Shown: one piece after another, positions 37,201-46,693 of the stretch
Layout: the number at the start of each line of letters is the position of its first letter
How positions within the stretch are numbered: the stretch's first letter is position 1
Virus record (IMG/VR): IMGVR_UViG_3300045988_177361
DNA length: 64,000 nt
Origin: a virus
Reading direction: 5' to 3' (one strand)
The notes under the pieces: generated by a model
Told to the model about the DNA's origin: nothing
Database searches by the model: none
The model's input: the letters and a program-made list of their open reading frames with translations, nothing else
Program-made: the position numbers and the translations under genes

Positions 37201-39633
37201 TCAAGCGGCGGCTGGCAGACCGTCAAAACGGTGAAAACCGATAAGGACGGCTACTATGAGTTCGTACTGCTCCACTCCGGCACTTACAAGACTTCGGTGA
37301 AACGCAACACCGGCACCACCACCAGTGACGGCGTGCAGACACAAGTCAAAACCTACTACGGCAAGGTCGAAAACGTGACGAACACGCGAAGCTGGTCGAA
37401 CAAAATCAAAGCGAACGCGAAAGACACGTCCGACAATATCAGCTTGGGCATCGGCATCGACCAGAAAAACGTGGACTACGGGTATGCGAAACCAGACCCG
37501 AAAGCCACCGTGGACAAAACCGTCCCCGGCACCAAATGTACTGATACGAAATGCGTCATCAACTGGGATGTCAAAGTACAAAACAAAGGCACTAGTCGTT
37601 TTGATACTTCCAGTGTCGTTTCTGACCGTATGAGCGCCGACGTGCATGATGTTTCCGCTACCGCCGGTACGGTTTCTATCGAGTCTGGTGGTGCGAAGCA
37701 GGTTGCGACGAGTGGCGACCATAAGTTTGTGTTGACGAGCGAGGGCTTGTTGTATGCGTGGGGTAATAACCAGTATGGTCAATTAGGTTTCAAGCCTGAC
37801 TCCACGAACACGAGTACTCCGGTGAACGTGAACAAGCCGACCATGGTCAACGGTAGTTGGCTGAAAGTCGCCGCCGGTGGCAAGCATTCCGCCGCCATCA
37901 GCACGGACGGACACTTGTACACGACTGGTTGGAATGGTAAAGGCCAATTAGGTACGGGTGATACGGACAATCGTTTCGAATGGACGGAAGTCGCTTCGGA
38001 TAAGACGTTCACGGACGTGGCATGCGGCAACCAGTTCACCGTCGCCATCGCCAGCGACGGAACTTTGTGGGGTGTTGGAAACGCTGTAGGCAGTCAGAAC
38101 TATGCGGCTTGGACGCAAATCGGTTCTGGTGTCAAGTTCACTCAACTCAGTGCGAGCATGGAAGGTTTCATCGCCTTGAACACGTCCGGCGGATACCTGT
38201 ACTCCGGTACAGGCGTTTCCTTGGGACAGCTTTCCAGTGGCGGTTACACGCAAGTCGCCGCCGCGTTTGGTCAAATGTACGCGTTAAAAGACGATGGGAC
38301 GGTGTTCTGGTTCTCGACCTATAGTGCTACCTTGTCCGGTTTGAAGGACATTGTGAAAATCAGCGGCGGATACAATACCCTGTACGCCATCGACAAGAAC
38401 CAACACTTGTGGGCCTCAGGCTGGAATGGTGACGGACAATTGGCGAACGGCAAGACCGGCAACGGCATGTATTGGACGAACGGCTCCACCGGTAACAACA
38501 CGGACGTCATCGGCACGCCAGTCGATACGGGCATCATCGCATCCGACGTGGCGGGTGGCGACCGTGACGTGCTCATTCTTGGCAAACAGGTCATGATTGC
38601 GGGCTTCGACCCGTATGGTGACGGTAAGACGGGTGGCGCGCGTTCCACCGGTTTGAAAGGTATGGCGGTATCGTCCGACCCAACCGCCGTACCGGTCGAG
38701 CCATCGAGCGAAACCACTGAGAATGGGTTGACTACTCGCACGTATAATCTGCCGTATGCGATTGAGCCGGGCGGTTATGTCATCTACCATTTCACCGGCA
38801 CAGTTGACCGTGAGACCGCTGACATGACAGGCAAAGACCAGTCGTACATTGACGAGTGGGTTAAGAAGAATACGAAGACCATTCTCAACCAAGCATGGTT
38901 CGACTCCGAACACACACCATACTCGGGCACGCCACACGCAATCGGCAAAACCACGCCGAACACTCCGGACGCTACGAAACTGGACACCAACACGAATGAT
39001 GTGACCGGCAATCCGACCTGCCGCACCGACACCGACTATACGGAGGAAGGACGCCAACACTGGTTCAGCACGTCCGACGAGGACTCCTGCGACCAAGTCG
39101 GCACCATCATCACCCCAACCACAACCGCGAAGAACCTCGGTTCCATCAGCGGCCTGTACTGGGAGGACACCAACAAGAACGGCATCCAAGATGAAGGTGA
39201 GAACACGCATTTCGCCGGTCAGACGGTCATTCTGACTGACGAGAACGGCAAACAGTTGGCAACCACCAAGACCGACGAGGATGGCAAGTACATTTTCGAA
39301 CGTCTGGACGCGAACGGCAACAAATACCGTATCCAATTCACCAAAGTGAACCACCGGGACTTCACCACGCCGGATGCGGGAGACAAGACCCCTGCGACGG
39401 GTGAAAGCTCCACCGATTCAGATGCTTACACGGACGAAGACAACAAGCTGACCATTACCCTCACCCAAGATGCTCCAACCAAGGAGCATGTGGATGCGGG
39501 TGTCCTGCCTGAAACATGGTTGGCGACCATGCCGCACACAGGCATGGGATTGCTGTTGCCGCTCCTCATGCTCGTCAGCATCAGCGGACTCGTCACGGCA
39601 ATCATCCTCCTACGAAAGAAGGAAGAACAGTGA
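34255..39633 (+). CDS. Giant LPxTG-type surface adhesin / probable pilus tip protein with RCC1-like beta-propeller repeats and Cna-B/SdrD-B type domains (1792 aa)
   Basis: Signal peptide. At least two Cna-B/SdrD-like domains ([28 protein letters not shown]...DKDGYYEF and [35 protein letters not shown]...DGKYIFE). ~7 RCC1-type repeats ([51 protein letters not shown]). C-terminal PHTG sorting signal plus TM plus RKKEEQ. Confidence 0.7.
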   Translation: MGILKKHVAHPVALLAAIATLASGLICMTNPVASPKAHADELKPAYATAKIVKKADGTGHGTSSQTFVNSKNGFATGDDSPTDGVVASGDTVEYSLTLNFNAAGKRTINVKFDLDDAPYLQTADGGGFCQPGQLVTAKKNSDGSCSYTVPAGGVETMTQTFYLKAKDTGGLVKPGQIPKIVVAREGGTSTTYRTDELTVVSAPAADLVIDNGGNPVKGQYSYEHRTYWSQNTDATGDFTIRTDALTYPGYSSTKGASTSIDWTTKVDISDFPQGTVWTVGNQTVTRNTDKTQYLTVSSGKNGADTSISYRIPAGTDALKNMKEGDVKYYDVHLVPDETVFSVKDDNGNALLNMGKGGEPGWNIGRDKSTYNKDTGARVGYPYANNDWSRAIIQRLKPTPAGKIPLFGKGLQRPNTASKTMFDKENLTFDAAEGKADIYHYYSDGSGDTVSRGTQVKTILEMYAANVTADKLKNTTPTMQDEWDNTRMRWDGSLEVTQNGAPVSDYKVQWADSKDNWHDGEPSDTDAPNVKKIRVTFNPDTLTLGKGAPNVQVTFNTLAIVDVSKGNVEALDTLTAWLTEDDKASVTNWVWIAKPVDPTTSIDISLKAYDGEGNQVYANNSSNHPSGSAVDLTPGMRVDYTVTEQLRTILLSNTSMTPTITVPKPKGLYNPTCDDSFWQMKVDGNNLVFTPRSGKVTPEVDRIGSATLPDLHFSGIVSNLATGTVTASANMSVAVDENGALQAQTIKSNTPSVPFPVSNAETNSGIMRVKTTKAEIGDPLTWEFNVYGKGGGHTGTMDSMLLLPANGDEKYVQDKLVEYERGYSNYHGSYELTQPVTVNMDNSTSTTVYYSTTTGKKSDNPADYEWKTWDELSAIEKKNITAIRLTSTVVASDDKLSYSAVNGIITLTPSDNVKDDKYTLWLGRNYYSDASDKPAGNQPWPDVAKVVAGSISGTVWWDKDENTLIGDSEERIEGVEVTLGKQDSSGGWQTVKTVKTDKDGYYEFVLLHSGTYKTSVKRNTGTTTSDGVQTQVKTYYGKVENVTNTRSWSNKIKANAKDTSDNISLGIGIDQKNVDYGYAKPDPKATVDKTVPGTKCTDTKCVINWDVKVQNKGTSRFDTSSVVSDRMSADVHDVSATAGTVSIESGGAKQVATSGDHKFVLTSEGLLYAWGNNQYGQLGFKPDSTNTSTPVNVNKPTMVNGSWLKVAAGGKHSAAISTDGHLYTTGWNGKGQLGTGDTDNRFEWTEVASDKTFTDVACGNQFTVAIASDGTLWGVGNAVGSQNYAAWTQIGSGVKFTQLSASMEGFIALNTSGGYLYSGTGVSLGQLSSGGYTQVAAAFGQMYALKDDGTVFWFSTYSATLSGLKDIVKISGGYNTLYAIDKNQHLWASGWNGDGQLANGKTGNGMYWTNGSTGNNTDVIGTPVDTGIIASDVAGGDRDVLILGKQVMIAGFDPYGDGKTGGARSTGLKGMAVSSDPTAVPVEPSSETTENGLTTRTYNLPYAIEPGGYVIYHFTGTVDRETADMTGKDQSYIDEWVKKNTKTILNQAWFDSEHTPYSGTPHAIGKTTPNTPDATKLDTNTNDVTGNPTCRTDTDYTEEGRQHWFSTSDEDSCDQVGTIITPTTTAKNLGSISGLYWEDTNKNGIQDEGENTHFAGQTVILTDENGKQLATTKTDEDGKYIFERLDANGNKYRIQFTKVNHRDFTTPDAGDKTPATGESSTDSDAYTDEDNKLTITLTQDAPTKEHVDAGVLPETWLATMPHTGMGLLLPLLMLVSISGLVTAIILLRKKEEQ

Positions 39634-39644
39634 AAGGAACAAGA

Positions 39645-40577
39645 ATGGGCAAACACGCCACACAATCACACGGGAGCTGTCACATGGTTCGGCGGCTCCT
39701 CGCCACTCTCGCCATCATGAGCGCGGTCTGCGGCGGCTTCCTCACCGGTAGTGCGGTAGCCGCCGAACCAGCCAAATGCAATACCGGCGTGGACAAGGTT
39801 TGCTACGCGGGCTATAACGCGGCGGGTTTGAAACAGATTGCCGACGATTTGAGCGAGAAAGGTAGGGGAAGCACATACTATGCCGCAATGGAAAAGAACC
39901 TGACCGACGGGGTCAAAGGCACGCTCACCCTATCGGACGGCTCGAACCTCCCATTCCGACTCATCGGCATCCTCCACGACGACAAAGCCGACGGAAGTGG
40001 ACGGAAAGCAGGATTGACGTTCATGGCTTGGAACGCGTTACCGAAAGCGTATGCCATGAACAATAGTTACACCAATAGGGGCGGCTGGCGTGACAGTCTT
40101 CTTCGCAATCAGATGAACAATGGTGAAATCTGGAACCAATTCCCCACGGACTTCCAAAACAATGTCACACCCGTGTTGAAACAAACCAACAACATGGCAT
40201 ACGGAAGTTCATCCGGTTCAAGCGCGTCAGCCACAGCGGACAAAGTATGGCTCGTCTCCTACCGTGAACTCGTGTCCACTATGTATGACGGTTGGAAGAC
40301 CTACGGTGGTTTTCAAGCGTGGAGTCAGGAGGGAAGTCAATACGAGTACTTCAGCGGCAAGGTGACGAACAACTATTCGGGTAATGGCATTCTCTCCGGC
40401 ATTTACAAAACCGTTTCCGGTTCCACTCCTCTTGGTGCTGGCTACGACGGTTGGTGGGAGCGTTCGCCCTACCCGCACCGCAGCAACTATTTCCTCCAAG
40501 TGTACTCGAACGGCGACCCCAGCTACTACAGCTATGCTGACTATCGCTACTCCGTTGTCCCCGCTTTCTCCTTCTAA
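39645..40577 (+). CDS. DGR target (variable) protein: a secreted protein whose C-terminal ~55 codons form the variable repeat
   Basis: RBS-supported ATG at 39645 (MGKHATQSHGSCHMVRRLLATLAIMSAVCGG...: signal peptide). The 3' end (40410-40575) is a near-copy of the TR at 41210-41375. It differs only at TR adenines and is followed by a GC hairpin. C-terminal sequence ...GWWERSPYPHRSNYFLQVYSNGDPSYYSYADYRYSVVPAFSF. Confidence 0.7.
   Translation: MGKHATQSHGSCHMVRRLLATLAIMSAVCGGFLTGSAVAAEPAKCNTGVDKVCYAGYNAAGLKQIADDLSEKGRGSTYYAAMEKNLTDGVKGTLTLSDGSNLPFRLIGILHDDKADGSGRKAGLTFMAWNALPKAYAMNNSYTNRGGWRDSLLRNQMNNGEIWNQFPTDFQNNVTPVLKQTNNMAYGSSSGSSASATADKVWLVSYRELVSTMYDGWKTYGGFQAWSQEGSQYEYFSGKVTNNYSGNGILSGIYKTVSGSTPLGAGYDGWWERSPYPHRSNYFLQVYSNGDPSYYSYADYRYSVVPAFSF
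40410..40575 (+). repeat. DGR variable repeat (VR) including the 3' IMH-like segment
   Basis: 166-bp alignment to 41210-41375 at a constant offset of 800 bp. 13 substitutions in the body, every one at a position where the other copy has A (inside AAC/AAT codons). The last ~12 bp (ctttctccttc versus attcctcttac) diverge, as expected for IMH versus IMH*. Confidence 0.8.
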
Positions 40578-40590
40578 TCCTCTAATCCTT

Positions 40591-40617
40591 GGTGGGTGGG
40601 GTTCATCCCCACCCACC
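40591..40617 (+). other. Perfect GC-rich hairpin immediately 3' of the VR (candidate DGR target-recognition hairpin/cruciform)
   Basis: ggtgggtgggg-ttcat-ccccacccacc: 11-bp perfect stem, 5-nt loop, 14 nt after the target-gene stop. Absent downstream of the TR copy. Confidence 0.6.
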
Positions 40618-40651
40618 ATCCCAAAGCTGAAACTTACAAAAAGGAAGTCTT

Positions 40652-41167
40652 ATGACGGTTCCCGCAAGCAAACGTACCAAGGCCAGAAGCGAATATGCTA
40701 ATCAGGCAAGAATCGTGCTCTTGGCTACCAGAAATCTTTTCCGCAAATGGCCTAAAAGCCGTAACTGTCTCGAAACCGTGCATGTCATGCATATCGCCTA
40801 CGAAATGTATTCATCCGCCTACAGTGCCGACATCATTTATGCAAGCACTGTAGAAGAGCATGAGATGAAACTGCAACTGTTGTGCAAGGCTCAAGGCATG
40901 TTGAATTCGCTTTCCGGTCTTGTGGACGATTGGATGGAGTTTCCTCCACGGGAAAAAGACTTGGAAGCCTACAGGAAATATCCGGAAGGCGACCCCAGAT
41001 ACAATCCCGTCGTCAAGGAGAAGAAATTCGTGAACTATGCGGGAACCCTCTACAAGGCGATGGGCGTGTTCACCGGAGCCGTCAAGTATGAGCGAGACCA
41101 GTTGAAGAAAGCTAAAAACGCCGAGTCGAAAACGAACACTATAATGGATACTCGGGCGCAAGCCTAA
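40652..41167 (+). CDS. DGR accessory variability determinant (Avd)-like protein, putative (171 aa)
   Basis: Small helical basic protein encoded between the VR and the TR, the canonical avd position. Helix-rich sequence (ANQARIVLLATRNLFRKW..., ...LLCKAQGMLNSLSGLV). Longer than the classic ~130-aa Avd. Confidence 0.45.
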   Translation: MTVPASKRTKARSEYANQARIVLLATRNLFRKWPKSRNCLETVHVMHIAYEMYSSAYSADIIYASTVEEHEMKLQLLCKAQGMLNSLSGLVDDWMEFPPREKDLEAYRKYPEGDPRYNPVVKEKKFVNYAGTLYKAMGVFTGAVKYERDQLKKAKNAESKTNTIMDTRAQA

Positions 41168-41209
41168 AATATAATTGAACAAAATCGGCCATATCCAAAC
41201 TATGGTGGC

Positions 41210-41375
41210 ACCGTTTCCGGTTCCACTCCTCTTGGTGCTAACTACAACGGTTGGTGGGAGCGTTCGCCCAACCCGAACAACAACAACAATTTCCTCCAAG
41301 TGAACTCGAACGGCGACCCCAGCTACAACAACAATGCTGACTATCGCTACTCCGTTGTCCCCGATTCCTCTTACC
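41210..41375 (+). repeat. DGR template repeat (TR), non-coding
   Basis: Non-coding copy of the target 3' end, carrying 10 AAC/AAT triplets at the positions where the VR has GGC/GAC/TAC/CAC/CGC/AGC/TAT. This adenine-specific pattern is the DGR hallmark. It lies between avd and the RT gene, with a ~260-nt spacer before the RT gene. Confidence 0.8.
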
Positions 41376-41633
41376 AAAAACTAACATCAGATAGGCCAGT
41401 AGCCCAATGGGTGAAAGCCTCCCGAAGGGGAAGGGGATATGGTCGAATGCGCGGCCCCTCGAAAAATGGGTTGCGTGTGAAATAGGTTGAGGGAGATATT
41501 AAGACTGTCGGAAACGACGGATACTCGCCCCTTAAGCTGGGCGTCCAACATCATTGCATGTCTTGGGTTGTTGCCGACGACCTGCCCCCAACCATTCTTT
41601 TCTCTTTCCCCTAGTGAAGGAAGCATTAAAATC

Positions 41634-42788
41634 GTGAATGCGAGTCAAAGACGTAGAAGACGCCAACGCAGACTGCAACAACGCTCGGACGATAAGTACA
41701 GGAAGCTCCACCGTTACATCGACTTCCAACAAACATTCGGATTCGACGCGCTCTACCAAGCCGCAAGAAAATGCAAACGCGGCGTCACGTGGAAAAACAC
41801 AGTGTTGAACTTCGACAATAGGCGTGCCGTCAACTGTTGGAAACTCGCCCAAGAATTGGAGGACGGCACATACAAGAAGAGAGCGCCAATCCGATTCGAC
41901 ATTTCCGAACGTGGCAAGCTTCGCCATATCAGCGCGGTCTCATTCCGAGACCGGGTGGTGCAACGCGCTCTGTGCGATAACAGTCTTGTACCCATCGTGG
42001 AAAGCCAACTGATATATGATAATGCGGCGAGCCTTCCGAAACGTGGAACATCGTTCGCCCGAAAACGGTTTGAACTACACTATAAGCGAGCTTTGGGTAA
42101 ATGGGAGCATCCGTATGCTGTCATATTCGACTGTTCCAACTATTTCGGCAGTATCAGCTCCCAACGCGCGTTCGATATGATTTCCACCCTGTACCGGAGC
42201 ATCGCCCGCACCGGACGGGAGAAGCAGGATGTGGAACGGATTCTAACCGTATTGAGAATCTTCGTATTGGACGAACCTCACTTAGGTTTAGGTAATCAGA
42301 CGAGCCAAACCATGGCTATCTGGTATTTGAACAAGGTTGACCACTGGTGCATGTCGCAAGGATTCTACGGACGGTATATGGATGATGCCTACTGTTTCTG
42401 CGAGAATCGTGAACAGGCCGAACGTGTGCTGGCCGGTTACGAGCGGCGTGTCAATCAATTGGGATTGCGGTTGAACAAGCATAAGACCCGCATAGTGGAC
42501 TGTCATACCGGTCAACTCACATTCCTGAAACGCGTATACAGCGTACAGGATGACGGCAGTATTCTTATCCGCATGCACCATAAGGCGTTGCGTGCAAGCC
42601 GACGGCATGCGCGTAACCTTATCCGCTCATATGATGGCGTGCATGTGGGATTGCGGACAGTTCAGGATTCTTGGACGAGCCATGAGAGCACACTGTCGGG
42701 TCTAACTCACCGTCGTGGACTGTGCGCTCGGGAGAAAGCGTGGTATCGGAGGCATTGTGAAATGCGGAAGCTGGCTTTTCACCCGTGA
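41634..42788 (+). CDS. DGR reverse transcriptase
   Basis: RT motifs: RDRVVQRAL (motif 2), the YGRYMDDAY catalytic box (YxDD), and the DGR-type LGNQTSQTMAIWYL motif, where group II intron RTs have QGxxxSP. ~385 aa from the ATG at 41634; the longer ORF from 41487 uses a non-ATG start. Confidence 0.85.
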   Translation: MNASQRRRRRQRRLQQRSDDKYRKLHRYIDFQQTFGFDALYQAARKCKRGVTWKNTVLNFDNRRAVNCWKLAQELEDGTYKKRAPIRFDISERGKLRHISAVSFRDRVVQRALCDNSLVPIVESQLIYDNAASLPKRGTSFARKRFELHYKRALGKWEHPYAVIFDCSNYFGSISSQRAFDMISTLYRSIARTGREKQDVERILTVLRIFVLDEPHLGLGNQTSQTMAIWYLNKVDHWCMSQGFYGRYMDDAYCFCENREQAERVLAGYERRVNQLGLRLNKHKTRIVDCHTGQLTFLKRVYSVQDDGSILIRMHHKALRASRRHARNLIRSYDGVHVGLRTVQDSWTSHESTLSGLTHRRGLCAREKAWYRRHCEMRKLAFHP

Positions 42789-43057
42789 TTTCCAGACTTT
42801 CCAGATTGGTGGAGGGGTGTAATCTGCTGGAAGCGGTGGCGCAGAATCTTCCGCTTCCTCAATCGTTTGGATGAGATTTCGTGAGGCTTGGATTGTATCG
42901 TATTTCACTCGGCATGCTTGTCGGCTAGTTTTTCTTCCCAGCTTGGTGTTACACTGGGTTTACTTGCATTTCCTTCCTCGGGACTTCGCCCATGTGGGGC
43001 TTTAGAGGTTATCAGCGCATTGGTCAGAGTATGCCGTTTGAGTGAAAGGAAACTGTC

Positions 43058-43669
43058 ATGGCAGGTTTTGATGATATTACGGTCACTCGCAGTGATGGCC
43101 GTTTGAAGGTTAAGGCTCCGTATAATCCGTTGTTCGCCCGTCGCTCCCGCGCGTTGGGTGGAACGTTTGATGACAAGTTGAAGACTTGGACGTTCAATGT
43201 TCGTGTGGAAAGGCTGGTGTTCGAAGCTTTAGACAAATACTTCTGGTGGCATAAGGGCGTGGACGCTGAAAAGCGTGTCACAGTCACCATCGACCCCTAC
43301 GACTACTTGTACGCGTACTCCAAGCAGGATAGCGACATTATCTGGTTCGCTGGTCGAATCCTAGTCGAAAAATATCAGCCCGACCGTCCACCGCGCATGC
43401 TGCCGAATGTGGCTCTCGTGGATGGCATGTGGCCTAAAACCGGCTTGTACACGGGGTTGAATCTCAGTCCCGACAAACTCCGATTATTGGTATGGGATGT
43501 TCCAACCAGTTTTCTGGAACGACTGTCGTCCGGCAAGTATGAGTTGTCTGAGCCGGATGGTGACACGTTGACTGCGGTTGACGTTCGTATTCAGGCTATG
43601 GAGGAACGGTTAGGCCGGTTGAGGGAACTCCGAACCCGACTCGCCTCTAATAGTGAGGATGGTGAATGA
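43058..43669 (+). CDS. Hypothetical protein (203 aa)
   Basis: Good RBS (aaggaaactgtcatg). C-terminal coiled coil. No motif recognised. Confidence 0.45.
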   Translation: MAGFDDITVTRSDGRLKVKAPYNPLFARRSRALGGTFDDKLKTWTFNVRVERLVFEALDKYFWWHKGVDAEKRVTVTIDPYDYLYAYSKQDSDIIWFAGRILVEKYQPDRPPRMLPNVALVDGMWPKTGLYTGLNLSPDKLRLLVWDVPTSFLERLSSGKYELSEPDGDTLTAVDVRIQAMEERLGRLRELRTRLASNSEDGE

Positions 43670-44022
43670 TGCTCTCCGTGCCGATTAATGGTCAAGTCCA
43701 GTCGCGTCTCATTCCGCCCACGTTCGTGGAAGACAACATCAGCGACATGTTCAAGGCTGTGGACGCCGGACACAATATCGTCGTGACGGCAGTGGACGAG
43801 TACGGTAATCGAACCAGTATTACCACGCCGGATAATGTGAATCATGACATGCTGGGGCGTCCTCTCGAATTCGCGTCCCATCCCGTACTGATGCGGAATG
43901 TGCGCCGTTGGATGGTTTGGCTGTTGCAAGCGCAATACTGCAAGGATACAAGTGGGATACGAACAGGCTTGGAGGTTGGATGGAAGTGTTGGGTTTACCA
44001 GCCGACCTTGATATTCCCGTAA
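43666..44022 (+). CDS. Hypothetical protein (118 aa); it overlaps the next ORF in another frame, so a frameshift is possible
   Basis: Start overlaps the preceding stop (atga). The 3' 115 bp overlap ORF 43908-44672. Confidence 0.35.
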   Translation: MMLSVPINGQVQSRLIPPTFVEDNISDMFKAVDAGHNIVVTAVDEYGNRTSITTPDNVNHDMLGRPLEFASHPVLMRNVRRWMVWLLQAQYCKDTSGIRTGLEVGWKCWVYQPTLIFP

Positions 44023-44672
44023 CGGAGGAACATTTACGCGTGTTGAAGCCTGTGTTTAACAAGGATGATGCCGACCCGTATCGGCTTGTCGCACGATACG
44101 ACAAGCAACATTATGCTTCATGCACCCTCAGCACTCTCATACGGTTAGCTGAACAAACCACGCCGAACTATGCCTTGAACAATCCCACCCGCTGGTGCCA
44201 AACCGACCGATACCGCAAACTCAGCATCCAACCCAATCCGAAAGAAAACTGGGACGGAATGGACAGGGTACGCGACTGTTGGAGCGGATGCGAATGGGCA
44301 TACCCCGCATTGGAACGCTATTATAATCCGATTCGACTATTACGCGACGAATACCGGCGGGGAGGACTACCTGAAACCTTCCACTATCCAATACACACGA
44401 CAAGAGGAGAATACCGGTTGGCGAAAGGACAAATCAGCCCCCACGCAACAATCCTCCTCAACGGCAAGCCCGTAGGACTCATGTTCAGCGACGATTGCGA
44501 GGAACCATTCACCGACCGGATACCACCCGAATGGTGCGCCACACCCTTACCGGAAAACTATAAGACCACGCCACTCAACCGAAACATTCCCGTAAACGGC
44601 GAATTCAAACCATCATTCCAGCAAGCCATGCTGGGATTCGTGGAATGGTATGAGAAAACGCACAAGGGATAG
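43908..44672 (+). CDS. Hypothetical protein (up to 254 aa; the start is uncertain, and it may be the continuation of a frameshifted gene)
   Basis: Coding-like composition, W/Y/C-rich. The first ATG in frame is at ~43982. Confidence 0.4.
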   Translation: MDGLAVASAILQGYKWDTNRLGGWMEVLGLPADLDIPVTEEHLRVLKPVFNKDDADPYRLVARYDKQHYASCTLSTLIRLAEQTTPNYALNNPTRWCQTDRYRKLSIQPNPKENWDGMDRVRDCWSGCEWAYPALERYYNPIRLLRDEYRRGGLPETFHYPIHTTRGEYRLAKGQISPHATILLNGKPVGLMFSDDCEEPFTDRIPPEWCATPLPENYKTTPLNRNIPVNGEFKPSFQQAMLGFVEWYEKTHKG

Positions 44673-44779
44673 CAAAAGAGGAAAGCCCCTTAGTTGAGGG
44701 GCTTTCTGGTAAATGTCAAATGGTGGCAAGCTTGAATTCTTCCAGCTTGTCCATGCTAAACCGCCCAGAACAACAAAAC

Positions 44780-46000
44780 CTAGTTCTCCGAGCGTTCGCT
44801 GATATTCTCCCGCATCTGCAAATAAGCCCCATGCTCACGCAAGTAATCCCGCAAATACGGCATTTTGAAAGCGACTTCACCGTAACCGACAGGCTCAATC
44901 AAATCGTTCTCAATCAGCTTGGTTCTATACACGTTGGCGAACTGCGGCGAACGGTTCAACCGACGGGCGATTTCACCTGTATTCGACACCGTATCATCCA
45001 CCGACATGGCAAGCAGATAGTTCACCGCATGAGAAGGCAAGCCATGCAATGCTGGGGCGTGAACCATATCCCCTAGTTTGGCTTGGGCTTTTTCGATACC
45101 CTTGACCGCGTCCTCCTCGGTCACTTGATTCACATGACCGTTGGTTTCGGAAACCCTCCAAGCCCAATAACCCACCAGCTGAATCATGAACGGATAACCA
45201 TGAGTGGCATTGGTCAACCGTATCAACGTTTCCATCCCGGCTTTCTTCTCCCCGCTGAAAGACTCCTCGAATGCTTTCAGAACCTTCTCCGTTGGCACGG
45301 AACCCAAATGATACCGTTCTGCCCGTTGAAGGAAGGTGATGGCATTATCCGACAGCACGTCGTTCACGGCGGACGGTAGCCCAGCGAAAATGAACGCGAT
45401 GTTCCGTCCTTCGCGGATAAGATGTTGCACGGCAGTGGACAAAGCCCTGATTTCGTCCATGGAACCGGATTGCACTTCGTCCAATGTGATGAGAATGCCC
45501 TGCTTGCTTTCATTTATCTTGTCCAAACGTTTGCCGACCGCTTGACGTAGCGTCAAGGAACGTTCCTCATTGTGTTCGAGTTCGATTCTCCCCAAACTCA
45601 GTTCCAGATTCCCTACATCACCTTTCAATCCGACGCTAGGCATGTCGTAGGCGGATATGCGAGTCGTGTCCTTGCCGGTAAGTGCGTCCACCAGTCTTTG
45701 GGTGAAACCTCTATCGGCGCTTTCGTTATAGACTTTCCAGCCTTGCTTTTGCGCGTGTGTTCCTAACGTGTCCAGCATGACTGTTTTTCCTACGCCTCTG
45801 GCTCCGGTGAGGAACATCAGCCGTCCGGGGCTTCCTACACCGTCTTTCAGCGCATAGTCGAAGTCTTCGATGATTTCTTCTCGTCCGACGAGTATCGGTG
45901 GGATACGTCCGGCGGTTGGTTTGAATGGGTTGGTCATGTCTGTTTCCTTGATTTTATAATAATTATAATAAGTATAATACTTTAAAAAAGCATGTACCAA
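44780..46000 (-). CDS. AAA-type ATP-binding protein with a C-terminal winged-helix domain (ORC/Cdc6-like STAND/AAA fold)
   Basis: Walker A MFLTGARGVGKTVMLDTLG. Walker B ILITLDEVQ. A C-terminal ~90 aa HTH-like region (RLNRSPQFANVYRTKLIENDLIE). 406 aa. Confidence 0.6.
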   Translation of the reverse strand: MVHAFLKYYTYYNYYKIKETDMTNPFKPTAGRIPPILVGREEIIEDFDYALKDGVGSPGRLMFLTGARGVGKTVMLDTLGTHAQKQGWKVYNESADRGFTQRLVDALTGKDTTRISAYDMPSVGLKGDVGNLELSLGRIELEHNEERSLTLRQAVGKRLDKINESKQGILITLDEVQSGSMDEIRALSTAVQHLIREGRNIAFIFAGLPSAVNDVLSDNAITFLQRAERYHLGSVPTEKVLKAFEESFSGEKKAGMETLIRLTNATHGYPFMIQLVGYWAWRVSETNGHVNQVTEEDAVKGIEKAQAKLGDMVHAPALHGLPSHAVNYLLAMSVDDTVSNTGEIARRLNRSPQFANVYRTKLIENDLIEPVGYGEVAFKMPYLRDYLREHGAYLQMRENISERSEN

Positions 46001-46172
46001 GGGGTTAAGTTCGATAATGGGCAGCTTTGTCGAGAGTAGAGGTTGACGGCCTAAACGGAAGTGGTTTAAAATAGATTCTTGTTTGAGATAAGGTCACTTT
46101 TCTAAAAGGCATTGAGGGACGGTTTCCGTTTTGGTCTCCGTCCCTCTTTTTTTTGTATTGTTTCCACGCTTG

Positions 46173-46200
46173 GAGTATACTGGAATCGTTCACATAAAAA
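46173..46200 (+). promoter_or_regulatory. Conserved promoter/leader motif, copy 1 (extended -10 TGnTATACT + GGAAT(T/C)GTTCACA(C/T)AAA)
   Basis: gagtatactggaatcgttcacataaaaa, 26 nt upstream of the ATG at 46226. Followed by an aaggag RBS. Confidence 0.65.
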
Positions 46201-46225
46201 AAGTTGAAAAACCAAGGAGAAAAAA

Positions 46226-46540
46226 ATGAATAAGCCTGCATACTTCAAGCAGTTCGGCGCAGAGGACTACAACATCTTCGTAGTCAAGGACAAGTCGTAT
46301 GTCATGAGTCGTTTCACAGACGACCCCGAGGGCGTCTACTACATGCTTTTCGAGCATGTCGAGAGTCAGACCGGCGTCAGCTATTACATGTTGGACAATA
46401 TTCCCGAGACTGTTTTGGACGGTGTTTCCGACGGTGGATATACCGATAGGGAGTTTGCTTCGAGGATTGTCGGTCAGGATAGGTTTGTCCACAATATCAA
46501 TGTTCGTAGGCTTCTGCATCATTCCCACTTGGACGCCTGA
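46226..46540 (+). CDS. Hypothetical small protein (104 aa); paralog of 51850-52158
   Basis: Shared sequence with the paralog: FGAEDYNIF...YVM.R..DE...YF.LFEH.E...GV......D.....VLDD..D......F...VGQ.D..FVHNIN.RR.L..S.L. Confidence 0.55.
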   Translation: MNKPAYFKQFGAEDYNIFVVKDKSYVMSRFTDDPEGVYYMLFEHVESQTGVSYYMLDNIPETVLDGVSDGGYTDREFASRIVGQDRFVHNINVRRLLHHSHLDA

Positions 46541-46638
46541 ACGATTCCGTAACAGTACTCTTCCTTCCCTTATAGGTTGGAGGGGTTTGTTTTTTCGGAG
46601 GTTGTTTATAGTTTTTTGGGTGTGTCGTTTTTCGTACG

Positions 46639-46667
46639 CTGTATACTGGGATTGTTCACACAAAGAG
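46639..46667 (+). promoter_or_regulatory. Conserved promoter/leader motif, copy 2
   Basis: ctgtatactgggattgttcacacaaag. The ATG of the next gene lies 26 nt downstream. Confidence 0.65.
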
Positions 46668-46693
46668 ATAAAAGAAAAACCAAGGAGCAAGAA

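Noticed and set aside
35416-39354. Minus-strand ORFs (404 aa and 312 aa) antisense to the adhesin gene
   Set aside because: Antisense artefacts of a long, compositionally biased gene. The plus frame is uninterrupted for 1792 codons with recognisable domains.
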